A DNA stretch of 64,000 bases from Lachnospiraceae bacterium. Lineage in GTDB: Bacteria > Bacillota > Clostridia > Lachnospirales > Lachnospiraceae. Position 1 is the stretch's first letter. Every line of letters begins with the position of its first letter. The DNA is taken from assembly GCA_017634175.1 (NCBI GenBank), contig JAGBNY010000018.1, positions 2,283-66,282 of the forward strand. The letters run 5' to 3'. The position numbers were made by a program, and so were the translations under genes. This document shows, in pieces, positions 35,653 through 44,988 of this stretch. The notes beneath the pieces were generated by a model that worked only from the letters and a program-made list of their open reading frames with translations, did not search any database and was not told the origin of the DNA.

Positions 35653-37911
35653 ATGAAAAGGCCTTTGGCTTATCTGGGAGTTGCGTTCCTAAGCTTTGTG
35701 TTCTTATTCAAGAGCATAGGGCCTGATGAAGTTGAATGCCTATTCGATTCAAACGGTGACAAAACCCAGGAATTGATAGGGACTTTGGGCATGTGGAAAG
35801 AGACAGATAATGGCTTTTCTCTTGAAATCCTAAATGCAAAACCGCTTGAAGATATCGAAAGACAGCCTAAGAGGTTCAATATAATAGCTTATATGGACTC
35901 TGGGGAGATTCCCGAGCTGGGTTGCAAGGTCTTAATAAAGGGACAGCCAGCTCCCTTTAGCGTGGCGAGGAATCCGGGAGAGTTCAATCAAAGGGATTAT
36001 TATAAGGCCCGTGGCTTTGCATATCGGCTTTTTGATGCTCAAATAGTCCGTTCAGCCGGTCATGCCAATACTTTGCAGCAAGCCTTGCTGGGACTCAGGT
36101 TCAAACTAAGGGACATCTATGAGCGATTGCTGCCGGATGAAAAAGCGGGAGTAATTTCAGCAATGATTCTAGGGGACAAGAGCATAATGGACCCGGAAAT
36201 CAAGACTCTCTACAGCGCTGCGGGCATAGCCCATGCGCTGGCTATTTCAGGCCTTCACATAAGTATCCTGGGTTATGGGCTCTATAGGCTTTTGAAAGCC
36301 CTGCATGTTCCGAGGGCTCCTGCATTTCTGATTTGTATGGGGTTGCTTTGCCTCTATGCGATAATGACGGGGAGCAACGTACCGGCAATCAGGGCGCTTA
36401 CGATGTTCTGCCTGAATGTTGCGGCAGATATATTGAAGCGCAGTTATGATCTGATCTCAGCCTTTTCTTTATCCGGGATAATTATCCTGCTGTATAATCC
36501 GAACTTCATCTTTGATGCAGGTTTCCTGCTTTCCTTTGGGGCTGTGATGGGCATTGGGATTGTGTATCCAGTGCTGTCAGATTGCTTTCTGGGGAAACCT
36601 ACTGATTTATCCAATACTTCTGAAAGAGATAAAATAAATCAGTCTTTTCAGAAGATTCTAAAGACAATAACATCAAGTTTTTTAATTTCAATCTCCATAT
36701 CCATTTTTTCACTTCCTATAACGCTTTATTTTTTCTATCAGATTCCAATATATTCCTGTTTTCTTAATCTGATCATCATCCCTTTGCTGGGACTTTTGGT
36801 TACTTCGGCTATTCTGATGGGTGGGCTTGGGCTGCTTTTCTTGCCTCTTGGGGTACTTTTTTCTCTTCCATGCAGTATCCTTCTTTTTATTTACGAGAAG
36901 GCATGCAGGATTTCGCTTAAACTGCCAGGAAGTATATGGATTCTAGGGCGACCTAGGGATATAAGCATTATTTTGTATTATGTGATTCTATTAATTGGAC
37001 TTTATGCACTTAAATTTATCTGCAAAAAGCTGGGCAAAAGGGGATTGAAGACAATGTTTATAGCGTTATTCATGGGTCTAATTGCCCTGATGGATTTTAA
37101 CCCGCATCCGGGGATGGAAATAGCCATGCTCGACATAGGGCAGGGAGATTGCATAGTGCTTAAGCATGGCAGGTCGGCGGATATCATAGATTGTGGAAGC
37201 ACGACAAAGAAAGAGATAGCGAAATATACAGTTATTCCTTACCTTAAATCTATGGGAATACGAAAAATAGGAAATCTGATAATGACTCATTCGGATGCAG
37301 ACCATATTAATGGATTTATGGAGATGTTCGAGATGGAGGATTACGAAAAGCTACCGACTGGAAGCTTGATAGTGCCTGACATAGGATACGAAGATGAGAA
37401 TTATCAGGAAATAAAAAATAAGGCAAAGGCGGAGGGGCTGAAAATCATACGGATTTCATCTGGAATGGAATTTGAAAAAGAACTAGGGGGATTAAAACTA
37501 ATCTTAAGATGCTTGAATCCAAGTAAGGGCTATATAACGGATAATCCAAATGAGTATTCAACGGTATTAGAGGCTGAATATGGTGATTTCAAAGCCCTAT
37601 TCACAGGAGATATAGTAGGAAACCCGGAAATAGATATGATTCCGAAAATAAGAGGTCCTTTGACTTTGCTTAAATGCGCCCACCATGGCTCCAGATTTTC
37701 TACGGGGGAGGATTTTCTGGAAAAAGCCAGACCATATATGACTTTCATATCATGTGGGGAGAACAACAGGTATGGGCATCCTCATGAAGAGACATTAATG
37801 AGGCTCTATAATATAGGATCCAGGGTCTATCAGACTCCGAAGTCGGGTGCTATTACCTGTGTCACAGATGGAAAAAAGGTTAGAATACATGAATTTTTAG
37901 GAGGAAATTAG
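35653..37911 (+). CDS. comEC: DNA uptake channel ComEC/Rec2
   Basis: RNPGEFN, GIAHALAISGLHI, FLLSFGA, LDIGQGD, THSDADHING, AHHGS, NRYGHPH. Confidence 0.96.
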   Translation: MKRPLAYLGVAFLSFVFLFKSIGPDEVECLFDSNGDKTQELIGTLGMWKETDNGFSLEILNAKPLEDIERQPKRFNIIAYMDSGEIPELGCKVLIKGQPAPFSVARNPGEFNQRDYYKARGFAYRLFDAQIVRSAGHANTLQQALLGLRFKLRDIYERLLPDEKAGVISAMILGDKSIMDPEIKTLYSAAGIAHALAISGLHISILGYGLYRLLKALHVPRAPAFLICMGLLCLYAIMTGSNVPAIRALTMFCLNVAADILKRSYDLISAFSLSGIIILLYNPNFIFDAGFLLSFGAVMGIGIVYPVLSDCFLGKPTDLSNTSERDKINQSFQKILKTITSSFLISISISIFSLPITLYFFYQIPIYSCFLNLIIIPLLGLLVTSAILMGGLGLLFLPLGVLFSLPCSILLFIYEKACRISLKLPGSIWILGRPRDISIILYYVILLIGLYALKFICKKLGKRGLKTMFIALFMGLIALMDFNPHPGMEIAMLDIGQGDCIVLKHGRSADIIDCGSTTKKEIAKYTVIPYLKSMGIRKIGNLIMTHSDADHINGFMEMFEMEDYEKLPTGSLIVPDIGYEDENYQEIKNKAKAEGLKIIRISSGMEFEKELGGLKLILRCLNPSKGYITDNPNEYSTVLEAEYGDFKALFTGDIVGNPEIDMIPKIRGPLTLLKCAHHGSRFSTGEDFLEKARPYMTFISCGENNRYGHPHEETLMRLYNIGSRVYQTPKSGAITCVTDGKKVRIHEFLGGN

Positions 37912-37914
37912 AGT

Positions 37915-39204
37915 ATGAAGAAAATGATGATAGGATGGGCGGCGGCTTTTCTGTCGCTTTGCCTGGGGCTGATTTTAGACCCGTTGATGGTTCATGCGGA
38001 AGATTTATTTATTGATGAAGATGGATTGGAAGAAGAACCTTCTGAGGAGAATGAAGATGTACAGACTCAAGATGAATCTGAATTGAGTGACGAATCCATG
38101 GAATCAAACTTGAATGTGGAAAATGCTGAACTTCAAGATCAAGGGGTTGTTGAGGAAGAGGAAGTGCTTCAGGATGAAAATTTGCCCCAAGAAGAAAGCA
38201 GCATACAGAATAGTGAGGGAAACCTGGAAGAGAACTATATATTGGATAGCGAGAATCCCATGCCTATGAGTAATTCTCAGGATAGTGATAATTTACAAAA
38301 CGAGCAGGCGATAGGCAGCGCAGAGCTTCCTGCAGAGGAACTGATTGTACAGAATTCTGCAGAAAATGTGTCTCTATCAGTGAAGACCTCCGAAATGGAG
38401 CCGACTATACAGGTTGAAGCTTTGCCGGAACCTGTGGAAAGCTTGACTGAAGCTATTGAAACAGATGAAATACAAAGCACGGATGATGGTTCACATTCTG
38501 AATACACGAAGGAGGAAGAAGCACAGATTCTATCCTACATATCAAAGGGAAAGGAAAATAGAAGGGCAAATAATAATGAGTCGGTAAGGCATAAGGATTC
38601 CAATAAAACAGAGGTTGTTGAAAAGGTAAGCGAAAGTGTCCCATCTACGGTTGAAATAGTAAAAATCGTGGAGGAAAAAGCTGAGAAGCCTATTGAGAGC
38701 GAGGCCTCTCATGAGATTAAAAATCCTGTTGAAATAAAGAGTGAATCGAGGGAACTTACTGATTTAAGGAATGAGGCCCTTAGTGAAAGATACGATGATA
38801 GGGATTTAGAGAATTCTGTTGCTGCGGATTTGGAATCCGTCCAGGAAATGATATTAAAGAATAGGTCTCTCTATTCAAAGGATGTATATTATTGGGATCG
38901 AGATGGGGCGGATGAGGATGCTATGGAAGAAAATAGCACAGTATATTTGGGAGCAGAGCCAAAAGGTGAAATTATTACAGAACCTGAGCTTTTTCAGGAT
39001 GAATGGGAAGCTGATGAACCTTCTCAAAAAGAAGCCGGATGGAGTGCAATTGGTGTCGTTTTTGCCGTAGTTGCTCTAATTCTAGGAGTCGCAGCCTGTG
39101 CATATTTTTATTTAAAGAAGATATCCTTTAAGGGTCTTAAAAGAATAATTGACAAGGAAGAGATAGAGGAAAAGATTGGCTGGAGGGCGCAGCTTTTTGC
39201 GTAA
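37915..39204 (+). CDS. Acidic low-complexity exported protein with C-terminal membrane anchor
   Basis: Signal peptide ending VHA|E; Glu/Ser-rich body; C-terminal TM followed by KK. Confidence 0.7.
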   Translation: MKKMMIGWAAAFLSLCLGLILDPLMVHAEDLFIDEDGLEEEPSEENEDVQTQDESELSDESMESNLNVENAELQDQGVVEEEEVLQDENLPQEESSIQNSEGNLEENYILDSENPMPMSNSQDSDNLQNEQAIGSAELPAEELIVQNSAENVSLSVKTSEMEPTIQVEALPEPVESLTEAIETDEIQSTDDGSHSEYTKEEEAQILSYISKGKENRRANNNESVRHKDSNKTEVVEKVSESVPSTVEIVKIVEEKAEKPIESEASHEIKNPVEIKSESRELTDLRNEALSERYDDRDLENSVAADLESVQEMILKNRSLYSKDVYYWDRDGADEDAMEENSTVYLGAEPKGEIITEPELFQDEWEADEPSQKEAGWSAIGVVFAVVALILGVAACAYFYLKKISFKGLKRIIDKEEIEEKIGWRAQLFA

Positions 39205-39281
39205 ACTTGACTAATTAAGTAATTTTTGCAAAGATTAAGCGTTGCCAGAGCGAGTATATAATCTCTGGCAGCGCATATAAT

Positions 39282-40247
39282 ATGAAAAAGATCAATTCTG
39301 ATATTAAATCTAATACTTTTGAAAGAACGTATCTGATTTTTGGCGAGGAAAGCTATCTCAGAAGTTCATACCTGTCAAAGCTAAAGAGCGCAATAGCGGG
39401 GCAGGGGGATTCAATGAATGTGAATCTTTTTGATGGACCCGGGATAGATGAGGCCTCAGTCATTGACATATGTGAGACTCTGCCCTTTTTTAGTGACAGG
39501 AGACTTGTGATTTTAAGAAATAGTCTTTTTTTCAAGAATCAGACCGAAAAAATAGCGGACTATATAAAAGAGGGCTTGCCTGATTATCTTTGCCTGGTCT
39601 TTAATGAGGACGAAGTCGATAAAAGAAGCCGTATGTTCAAGGCAGTGAATTCTGCCGGCTACTGCGCTGAATGTAAAAGCCCTGATGACAAGACTTTGAT
39701 TCAGTGGATAGTACGAAGTTTTATGAAGAGCGGCAAAAAAATCAGGGTGTCTGAGGCCGAGAAGCTGCTTGTTCGATTAGGTCCCGATATGTGGACATTA
39801 TCGGGTGAGATACATAAGCTTATTGATTACAGCGATGGAAGGGATGAAGTCAATGAATCGGACATAGAGGCTATTGCCAGCAGCAATCCATCTGACGCAA
39901 TTTTCAAGATGATAGAGCATATTGCATCGGGGAAAAATGAAGAAGCGCTTAGGCTTTATTACGACCTTTTGACGCTGAACGAGCCTCCGATAAAGATTAT
40001 TTCTCTTATTGGGAGAGAGTATAGATTAATTTTAGAAGCCAAGGAATTGACGAATTCAAGAGAAAGAGACATAGCAGGGCAGATAGGAGTCCCGCCTTTT
40101 GCACTTAAAAAATATGCCTCGATTGGAGAAAGATTTAGCAGAGATGCTCTGCTGCAATTAATTAAAAAGTGCCGTGAAATAGACTATGAAGTGAAATCCG
40201 GGCAGATCAGCGATCGGCTGGGTGTAGAGCTTTTGATCATGAGGTGA
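39282..40247 (+). CDS. holA: DNA polymerase III delta subunit
   Basis: YLIFGEESYL, CETLPFFSDRRLV, VDKRSR, EIHKL; near comEC as is usual in Firmicutes. Confidence 0.92.
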   Translation: MKKINSDIKSNTFERTYLIFGEESYLRSSYLSKLKSAIAGQGDSMNVNLFDGPGIDEASVIDICETLPFFSDRRLVILRNSLFFKNQTEKIADYIKEGLPDYLCLVFNEDEVDKRSRMFKAVNSAGYCAECKSPDDKTLIQWIVRSFMKSGKKIRVSEAEKLLVRLGPDMWTLSGEIHKLIDYSDGRDEVNESDIEAIASSNPSDAIFKMIEHIASGKNEEALRLYYDLLTLNEPPIKIISLIGREYRLILEAKELTNSRERDIAGQIGVPPFALKKYASIGERFSRDALLQLIKKCREIDYEVKSGQISDRLGVELLIMR

Positions 40248-40256
40248 GGGAAGAAG

Positions 40257-40724
40257 ATGTTATCGATGCCGAAAAAAGGTGAAAAATACAGAGACTCAGA
40301 GTGGAATGTGGTGGAAATCCTAGGAATTGGCAGAAATGCGGATAACCTGGAGGAAGTAGTCATATTTTTTTTGTTGAAGATACCTGACAGGTATTGGATT
40401 CTGCCGATAAAGGATTTCGTAAAGAGATACAAGAGATCCGACACAGAAAAAAGCAAGGGTCGCTGTGATGATTCGGCAAATAAGCCTGCTAAAAGTATCC
40501 CCGACAACAATTCCCAATTAATGGACTTTTTGGATGCTTCTTCTGTGGATCAGAGGCTTGATATTCTAAAAAGGATGAAAGTCCAAAGCTTGAATGACCA
40601 TATGATTGACACAATGGCAGTTGCGCTGGACACAGAGATACCAAAGGGATCCATAGAGAATAGATATTCGGATCTCATGAGCCACCTCGAAACCAGGAAA
40701 AAATACGAACAGCATAGGAGATAG
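40257..40724 (+). CDS. Degenerate DUF1653-like domain protein
   Basis: GEKYR..VEILGIGRNADNLEEVVIF..WILPIKDF resembles DUF1653; helical C-terminal domain. Confidence 0.55.
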   Translation: MLSMPKKGEKYRDSEWNVVEILGIGRNADNLEEVVIFFLLKIPDRYWILPIKDFVKRYKRSDTEKSKGRCDDSANKPAKSIPDNNSQLMDFLDASSVDQRLDILKRMKVQSLNDHMIDTMAVALDTEIPKGSIENRYSDLMSHLETRKKYEQHRR

Positions 40725-40736
40725 CTTTTAGAGACT

Positions 40737-41753
40737 ATGAAAATATTGACATTTTGCGTTCCTTGCTTCAATTCAGAAAACTATATGAAGCATTGTTTGG
40801 ACACTTTGCTTCATGGAGGAGAGGACGTAGAGATAGTTATAGTGGATGATGGTTCCTCCGATGATACTGGGAAGATTGCGGATGAGTACGAAAAGAACCA
40901 TCCGGGAATCGTAAGGAGCATCCACCAGGAAAACGGGGGACACGGGGAGGCTGTAAATACCGGTCTTAGGAATGCTTCGGGAATGTACTTCAAGGTCGTT
41001 GATTCTGATGATTGGGTAGATTTGGAAGCATATGAAAAGGTATTAGGCGCTCTTAGGGAGGCGATACTGGGTAATGATGTGCTGGATATGATGGTTTGCA
41101 ATTTTGTCTATGAGAAGCAGGGGGCAAAAAAGAAGAAGGTCATGACCTATAGATTTGCGCTTCCTGAAAATGAGATCATTACCTGGAATGATGTCAGAAG
41201 GTTTCATAAGGGGCAGTACCTATTAATGCATTCAGTAATATTCAGGACCAAGGTGCTGAAGGATTCAGGAATGGAGCTTCCAGCCCATACTTTCTATGTG
41301 GATAATCTCTTTGTCTTTGAGCCATTGCCGTTTGTTCGTACCCTCTATTATTTGAATGTTAATTTCTATAGATATTTCATAGGCAGAGCGGATCAGTCTG
41401 TGAATGAAAGCGTTATGATTGGCAGGATCGATCAGCAGATAAAGGTGAATAGGATGATGATCGATTTTTTCTTAGGGGCAAGCATTCCGAACAGGAAGCT
41501 TAGATCCTACATGAGGAGTTACCTGGAGATCATAACCATTGTCTCATCAATCATGCTGATTAGGGCCGGGACGGATGAAGCCCTGGAAAAAAAGGCGGAG
41601 CTTTGGAAATATTTGAAGGAGAAAGATTTTTGGCTTTATGTGCGTCTGAGGAATGGAGTGCTGGGAAATGCAGTAAATCTGCCAGGTAAGCCGGGAAGAA
41701 AAATTTCAATAGGGGTCTATAAGGTAATACATTGGTTCGTGGGTTTCAATTAA
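40737..41753 (+). CDS. Glycosyltransferase family 2
   Basis: VPCFNSE, IVDDGSSD, ENGGHG, VVDSDDW. Confidence 0.92.
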   Translation: MKILTFCVPCFNSENYMKHCLDTLLHGGEDVEIVIVDDGSSDDTGKIADEYEKNHPGIVRSIHQENGGHGEAVNTGLRNASGMYFKVVDSDDWVDLEAYEKVLGALREAILGNDVLDMMVCNFVYEKQGAKKKKVMTYRFALPENEIITWNDVRRFHKGQYLLMHSVIFRTKVLKDSGMELPAHTFYVDNLFVFEPLPFVRTLYYLNVNFYRYFIGRADQSVNESVMIGRIDQQIKVNRMMIDFFLGASIPNRKLRSYMRSYLEIITIVSSIMLIRAGTDEALEKKAELWKYLKEKDFWLYVRLRNGVLGNAVNLPGKPGRKISIGVYKVIHWFVGFN

Positions 41754-41768
41754 AAAAGTCCTATGAGC

Positions 41769-41801
41769 CGGCCGTATGCCGCCTTTGACGGTATGCGGCC
41801 G
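41769..41801. terminator. Hairpin between the convergent GT2 and PAP2 genes
   Basis: cggccgtatgccg-cctttga-cggtatgcggccg. Confidence 0.6.
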
Positions 41802-41873
41802 TGTACACCAGATTATAGTTAACGCACGTATTTTGTGCGTTTGCTATAATATTTGTTTATGGATGAGATTATT

Positions 41874-42572
41874 TCATCTAGATAATCGGAATCGCTGGAC
41901 AGCTTCTTTTTGTTTCATCGGCTGAAAATCAACCACGTATACAAGCACGTACATTAGCACAGATAAGACTAGAGCTGTAGCTACATCAAAGACCGAATGT
42001 TGCTTTAGGAGCATGGTGGATAGTACGATTGAAAGGCAAAGGAAAAAAGACCCTGTTCTAATTATCCTGGATTTACTCAGCTCCTCCGAGTGAAGTACGG
42101 CCAAATGCGCACCAATAGCGTTGTAAACATGGATGCTGGGGAAAATATTGGTGCTGGTGTCTATCGAATACAGCTTCATCACTAAAGAAGTGAAGAAATT
42201 GTCCCTTGGGAATACGGTAGGTCTCAAATGGCAGCCGTTGGGATAGATTGCGGATATTATCAGGAAGATTGTCATTCCCGTGGAGAGGAATACCATAGTA
42301 TTCATGTACTCCCTTTTCTTTCCGCTGAAAATGAAATAGGCGATTACTGCTGGCACATATAGAAACCATAGGATATACGGGATGACGAAGTATTCGTTGA
42401 AAGGAATCAGATCGTCCGCCGCCATATGGATAATGTGGTAATGATCGTCGTTGATCTTCTCCAGGATACTGAAGAATACCAGGTAAGCGACTAGATAGGC
42501 AGGGGCAGAGAGACCGAAGCCGTATCGCTCTATAAAACCTATGAATTTTTTATAGTACTTCGTAATGACCAT
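41874..42572 (-). CDS. PAP2-superfamily membrane phosphatase/phosphotransferase
   Basis: Multi-TM; DDLIPF, NIFPSIHV, KQHSVFDV. Confidence 0.8.
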   Translation of the reverse strand: MVITKYYKKFIGFIERYGFGLSAPAYLVAYLVFFSILEKINDDHYHIIHMAADDLIPFNEYFVIPYILWFLYVPAVIAYFIFSGKKREYMNTMVFLSTGMTIFLIISAIYPNGCHLRPTVFPRDNFFTSLVMKLYSIDTSTNIFPSIHVYNAIGAHLAVLHSEELSKSRIIRTGSFFLCLSIVLSTMLLKQHSVFDVATALVLSVLMYVLVYVVDFQPMKQKEAVQRFRLSR

Positions 42573-42736
42573 GACCTTTTCCGTTGTATATGCAAGTTAG
42601 GTTATAGTGCTGCTATCTTTAACCTAAAAAGTATAGCACATAAGGCGTTCTTACTCAATCGTCCAATTATCACGAAAATAATCCATTATTTTTTGAAAAA
42701 TGGTTGATTTTTGAGGTCACTTTTTTTGGGGCACTA

Positions 42737-42745
42737 TGTTATACT
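42737..42745 (+). promoter_or_regulatory. Extended -10 promoter element for glyA
   Basis: TG-T-TATACT. Confidence 0.45.
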
Positions 42746-42814
42746 TGGGATATCTTACACAAATGTATAAGCGAAAAGCTTTTGGGGGCTTTCAGCAATT
42801 TTTAGAACCAGCGA

Positions 42815-43008
42815 GTAACTATTCAGAACCCCTTGGAAACAGGCGAGATTAACTGCTCAAGCTTGCTTGAAAGCAGTTAATCTCACCTGTTTCCAGGGCG
42901 GTAACGATAGTTACCGCCCCCCACACCTCGCAAAATTTGATTTCCGATTGCTTAAATCGCTTAAGAAATCAAATTTTGCGAGGTGTGGGTAGGGCTCTGA
43001 ATAGTTAC
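42815..43008. mobile_element. MITE-like non-autonomous element (194 bp)
   Basis: TIRs GTAACTATTCAGAACCC (42815-31) and GGGCTCTGAATAGTTAC (42992-43008), 16/17 match; exact 8-bp flanking repeat ACCAGCGA (42807-14, 43009-16); three internal hairpins; no ORF in the track. Confidence 0.85.
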
Positions 43009-43038
43009 ACCAGCGACTCATAAAGAAATGGAGGGCAT

Positions 43039-44277
43039 ATGTATTCAATTGAAAACGTGAGATCAACCGATCCAGAGATAGCAGACGCAATTGAGGCCGA
43101 GCTTAAGAGGCAGAATAGCCATATAGAACTCATCGCTTCTGAGAACTGGGCCAGCAAGGCTGTCATGGCTGCAATGGGCAGCCCTTTTACGAATAAGTAT
43201 GCGGAAGGGTACCCTGCGCATAGGTACTACGGCGGCTGCGAATGTGTGGATGTTGCTGAGAATCTTGCTATAGAGAGGGCTAAGAAGCTCTTTAATTGCG
43301 ATTATGCAAATGTGCAGCCGCACTCTGGAGCTCAGGCCAATATGGCTGTTTTTTTGAGTATATTGAACCCGGGCGATACTTTCATGGGAATGTCCTTGGA
43401 TCAAGGCGGTCATCTCTCGCATGGCTCACCGGTGAATTTTTCGGGCAAATACTTTAAGTGCGTCTCTTATGGGGTGAACGGGGAAGGCTTCATTGATTAT
43501 GATGAAGTCCAGAGAATCGCTGAAGAGTGCAGGCCGAAGCTCATCGTGGCGGGCGCCTCGGCCTATGCTAGGGCTATCGATTTCAAGAGATTCCGTCAAA
43601 TAGCCGACAGCGTTGGCGCGGTATTGATGGCAGATATAGCCCATATTGCGGGACTTGTAGCTGGTGGCTGTCATGAATCTCCTATTGGGATAGCGGATGT
43701 GGTGACAACCACTACGCACAAGACTCTTAGGGGACCCAGGGGAGGAGTCATCCTGTGCAATAAGGATGCCGCGGATAAGTATAATTTCAACAAGGCGGTG
43801 TTCCCCGGAGTTCAGGGTGGGCCGCTAATGCACGTAATAGCCGCCAAGGCAGTCTGCTTCAAGGAAGCGCTGGATCCATCTTTCAAGACCTATGCTCAGA
43901 ATATTTGCAAGAATGCACAAGCACTGTGCAAGGGTCTCATGAACAGGGGCATTTCTATAGTGTCCAATGGAACGGATAATCATTTGATGCTGATGAACCT
44001 AGTGCCCCAAGGGCTTACCGGGAAAGAGGTAGAGGCTCTTTTGGATAAGGCCAATATCACGGCCAATAAGAACACGATACCAAATGACCCCAAGAGCCCC
44101 TTTGTCACAAGCGGGATCCGCTTAGGAACGCCGGCGGTCACGACCAGGGGCTTCAATGAGGCTGATTGCGATAAGGTGGCAGAGGCTATTTCGCTAGTAG
44201 TACTGAATGGCGAGAGCAAGATTCCTGAAGCCAAGGCCATTGTTTTGGAACTAACTCAAAAATATCCTTTGGAATAA
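43039..44277 (+). CDS. glyA: Serine hydroxymethyltransferase
   Basis: [43 protein letters not shown]. Confidence 0.98.
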   Translation: MYSIENVRSTDPEIADAIEAELKRQNSHIELIASENWASKAVMAAMGSPFTNKYAEGYPAHRYYGGCECVDVAENLAIERAKKLFNCDYANVQPHSGAQANMAVFLSILNPGDTFMGMSLDQGGHLSHGSPVNFSGKYFKCVSYGVNGEGFIDYDEVQRIAEECRPKLIVAGASAYARAIDFKRFRQIADSVGAVLMADIAHIAGLVAGGCHESPIGIADVVTTTTHKTLRGPRGGVILCNKDAADKYNFNKAVFPGVQGGPLMHVIAAKAVCFKEALDPSFKTYAQNICKNAQALCKGLMNRGISIVSNGTDNHLMLMNLVPQGLTGKEVEALLDKANITANKNTIPNDPKSPFVTSGIRLGTPAVTTRGFNEADCDKVAEAISLVVLNGESKIPEAKAIVLELTQKYPLE

Positions 44278-44988
44278 ATGCCGGAAATTAAGGGTCCCTC
44301 ACTCATAAAGGTGAGGGATTTATTTAAGATTTACAAGCTGGGGGAAGAGCGGGTAGCAGCGCTAAATGGGGTGGACTTAGATATTGAGGCGGGCGAATTC
44401 GCTGCAATAGTGGGCGCGTCGGGCTCTGGGAAGTCCACTCTGTTAAATATGCTGGCAGGGCTGGAGCCTCCTACACGGGGAAGCATAGAGATTGCCGGGG
44501 AAAGGATTGAGAAATACAGCGAGAGCAAGCTCGTTGAATTCAGGCGTAGGCACGTTGGGTTCATTTTTCAATCCTATAATCTTATGCCATCGCTGAATGC
44601 TGTTGAGAACGTGGCGCTTCCTTTAGTATTCAGGGGGATGGATAAGGTTAAACGCGAAAAACTGGCAATACAGACCCTTGAAAAGGTCGGACTAAAGAAG
44701 TATATGCGGCATAGGCCGACTGAGATGTCAGGCGGGCAGCAGCAGAGGGTCGGTATTGCCAGGGCCTTGGTGCTGAAGCCGGATATAATTTTTGCCGATG
44801 AGCCGACTGGGAACCTGGACTCTGTCACTACTCTGGAAGTCATGAAGCTGCTTAGGGAAATATCCGGAAATGGGAAAAATACCTTGTGTATGGTGACGCA
44901 TGACGACAATCTTTCTTCCTATGCGGATAGAGTAATAAGGATAAAGGACGGAAAAGTGATTGAAAATATCAAGATTCAACGGGGGTAG
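44278..44988 (+). CDS. ABC exporter ATP-binding protein (LolD/MacB type)
   Basis: GASGSGKST, MSGGQQQRV, FADEPTGNLD. Confidence 0.95.
   Translation: MPEIKGPSLIKVRDLFKIYKLGEERVAALNGVDLDIEAGEFAAIVGASGSGKSTLLNMLAGLEPPTRGSIEIAGERIEKYSESKLVEFRRRHVGFIFQSYNLMPSLNAVENVALPLVFRGMDKVKREKLAIQTLEKVGLKKYMRHRPTEMSGGQQQRVGIARALVLKPDIIFADEPTGNLDSVTTLEVMKLLREISGNGKNTLCMVTHDDNLSSYADRVIRIKDGKVIENIKIQRG

Noticed and set aside
42746-43038. ZTP (pfl) or glycine riboswitch upstream of glyA
   Set aside because: Their conserved motifs are not recognisable; the TIRs plus 8-bp duplication fit an insertion better. An Rfam scan would settle it.
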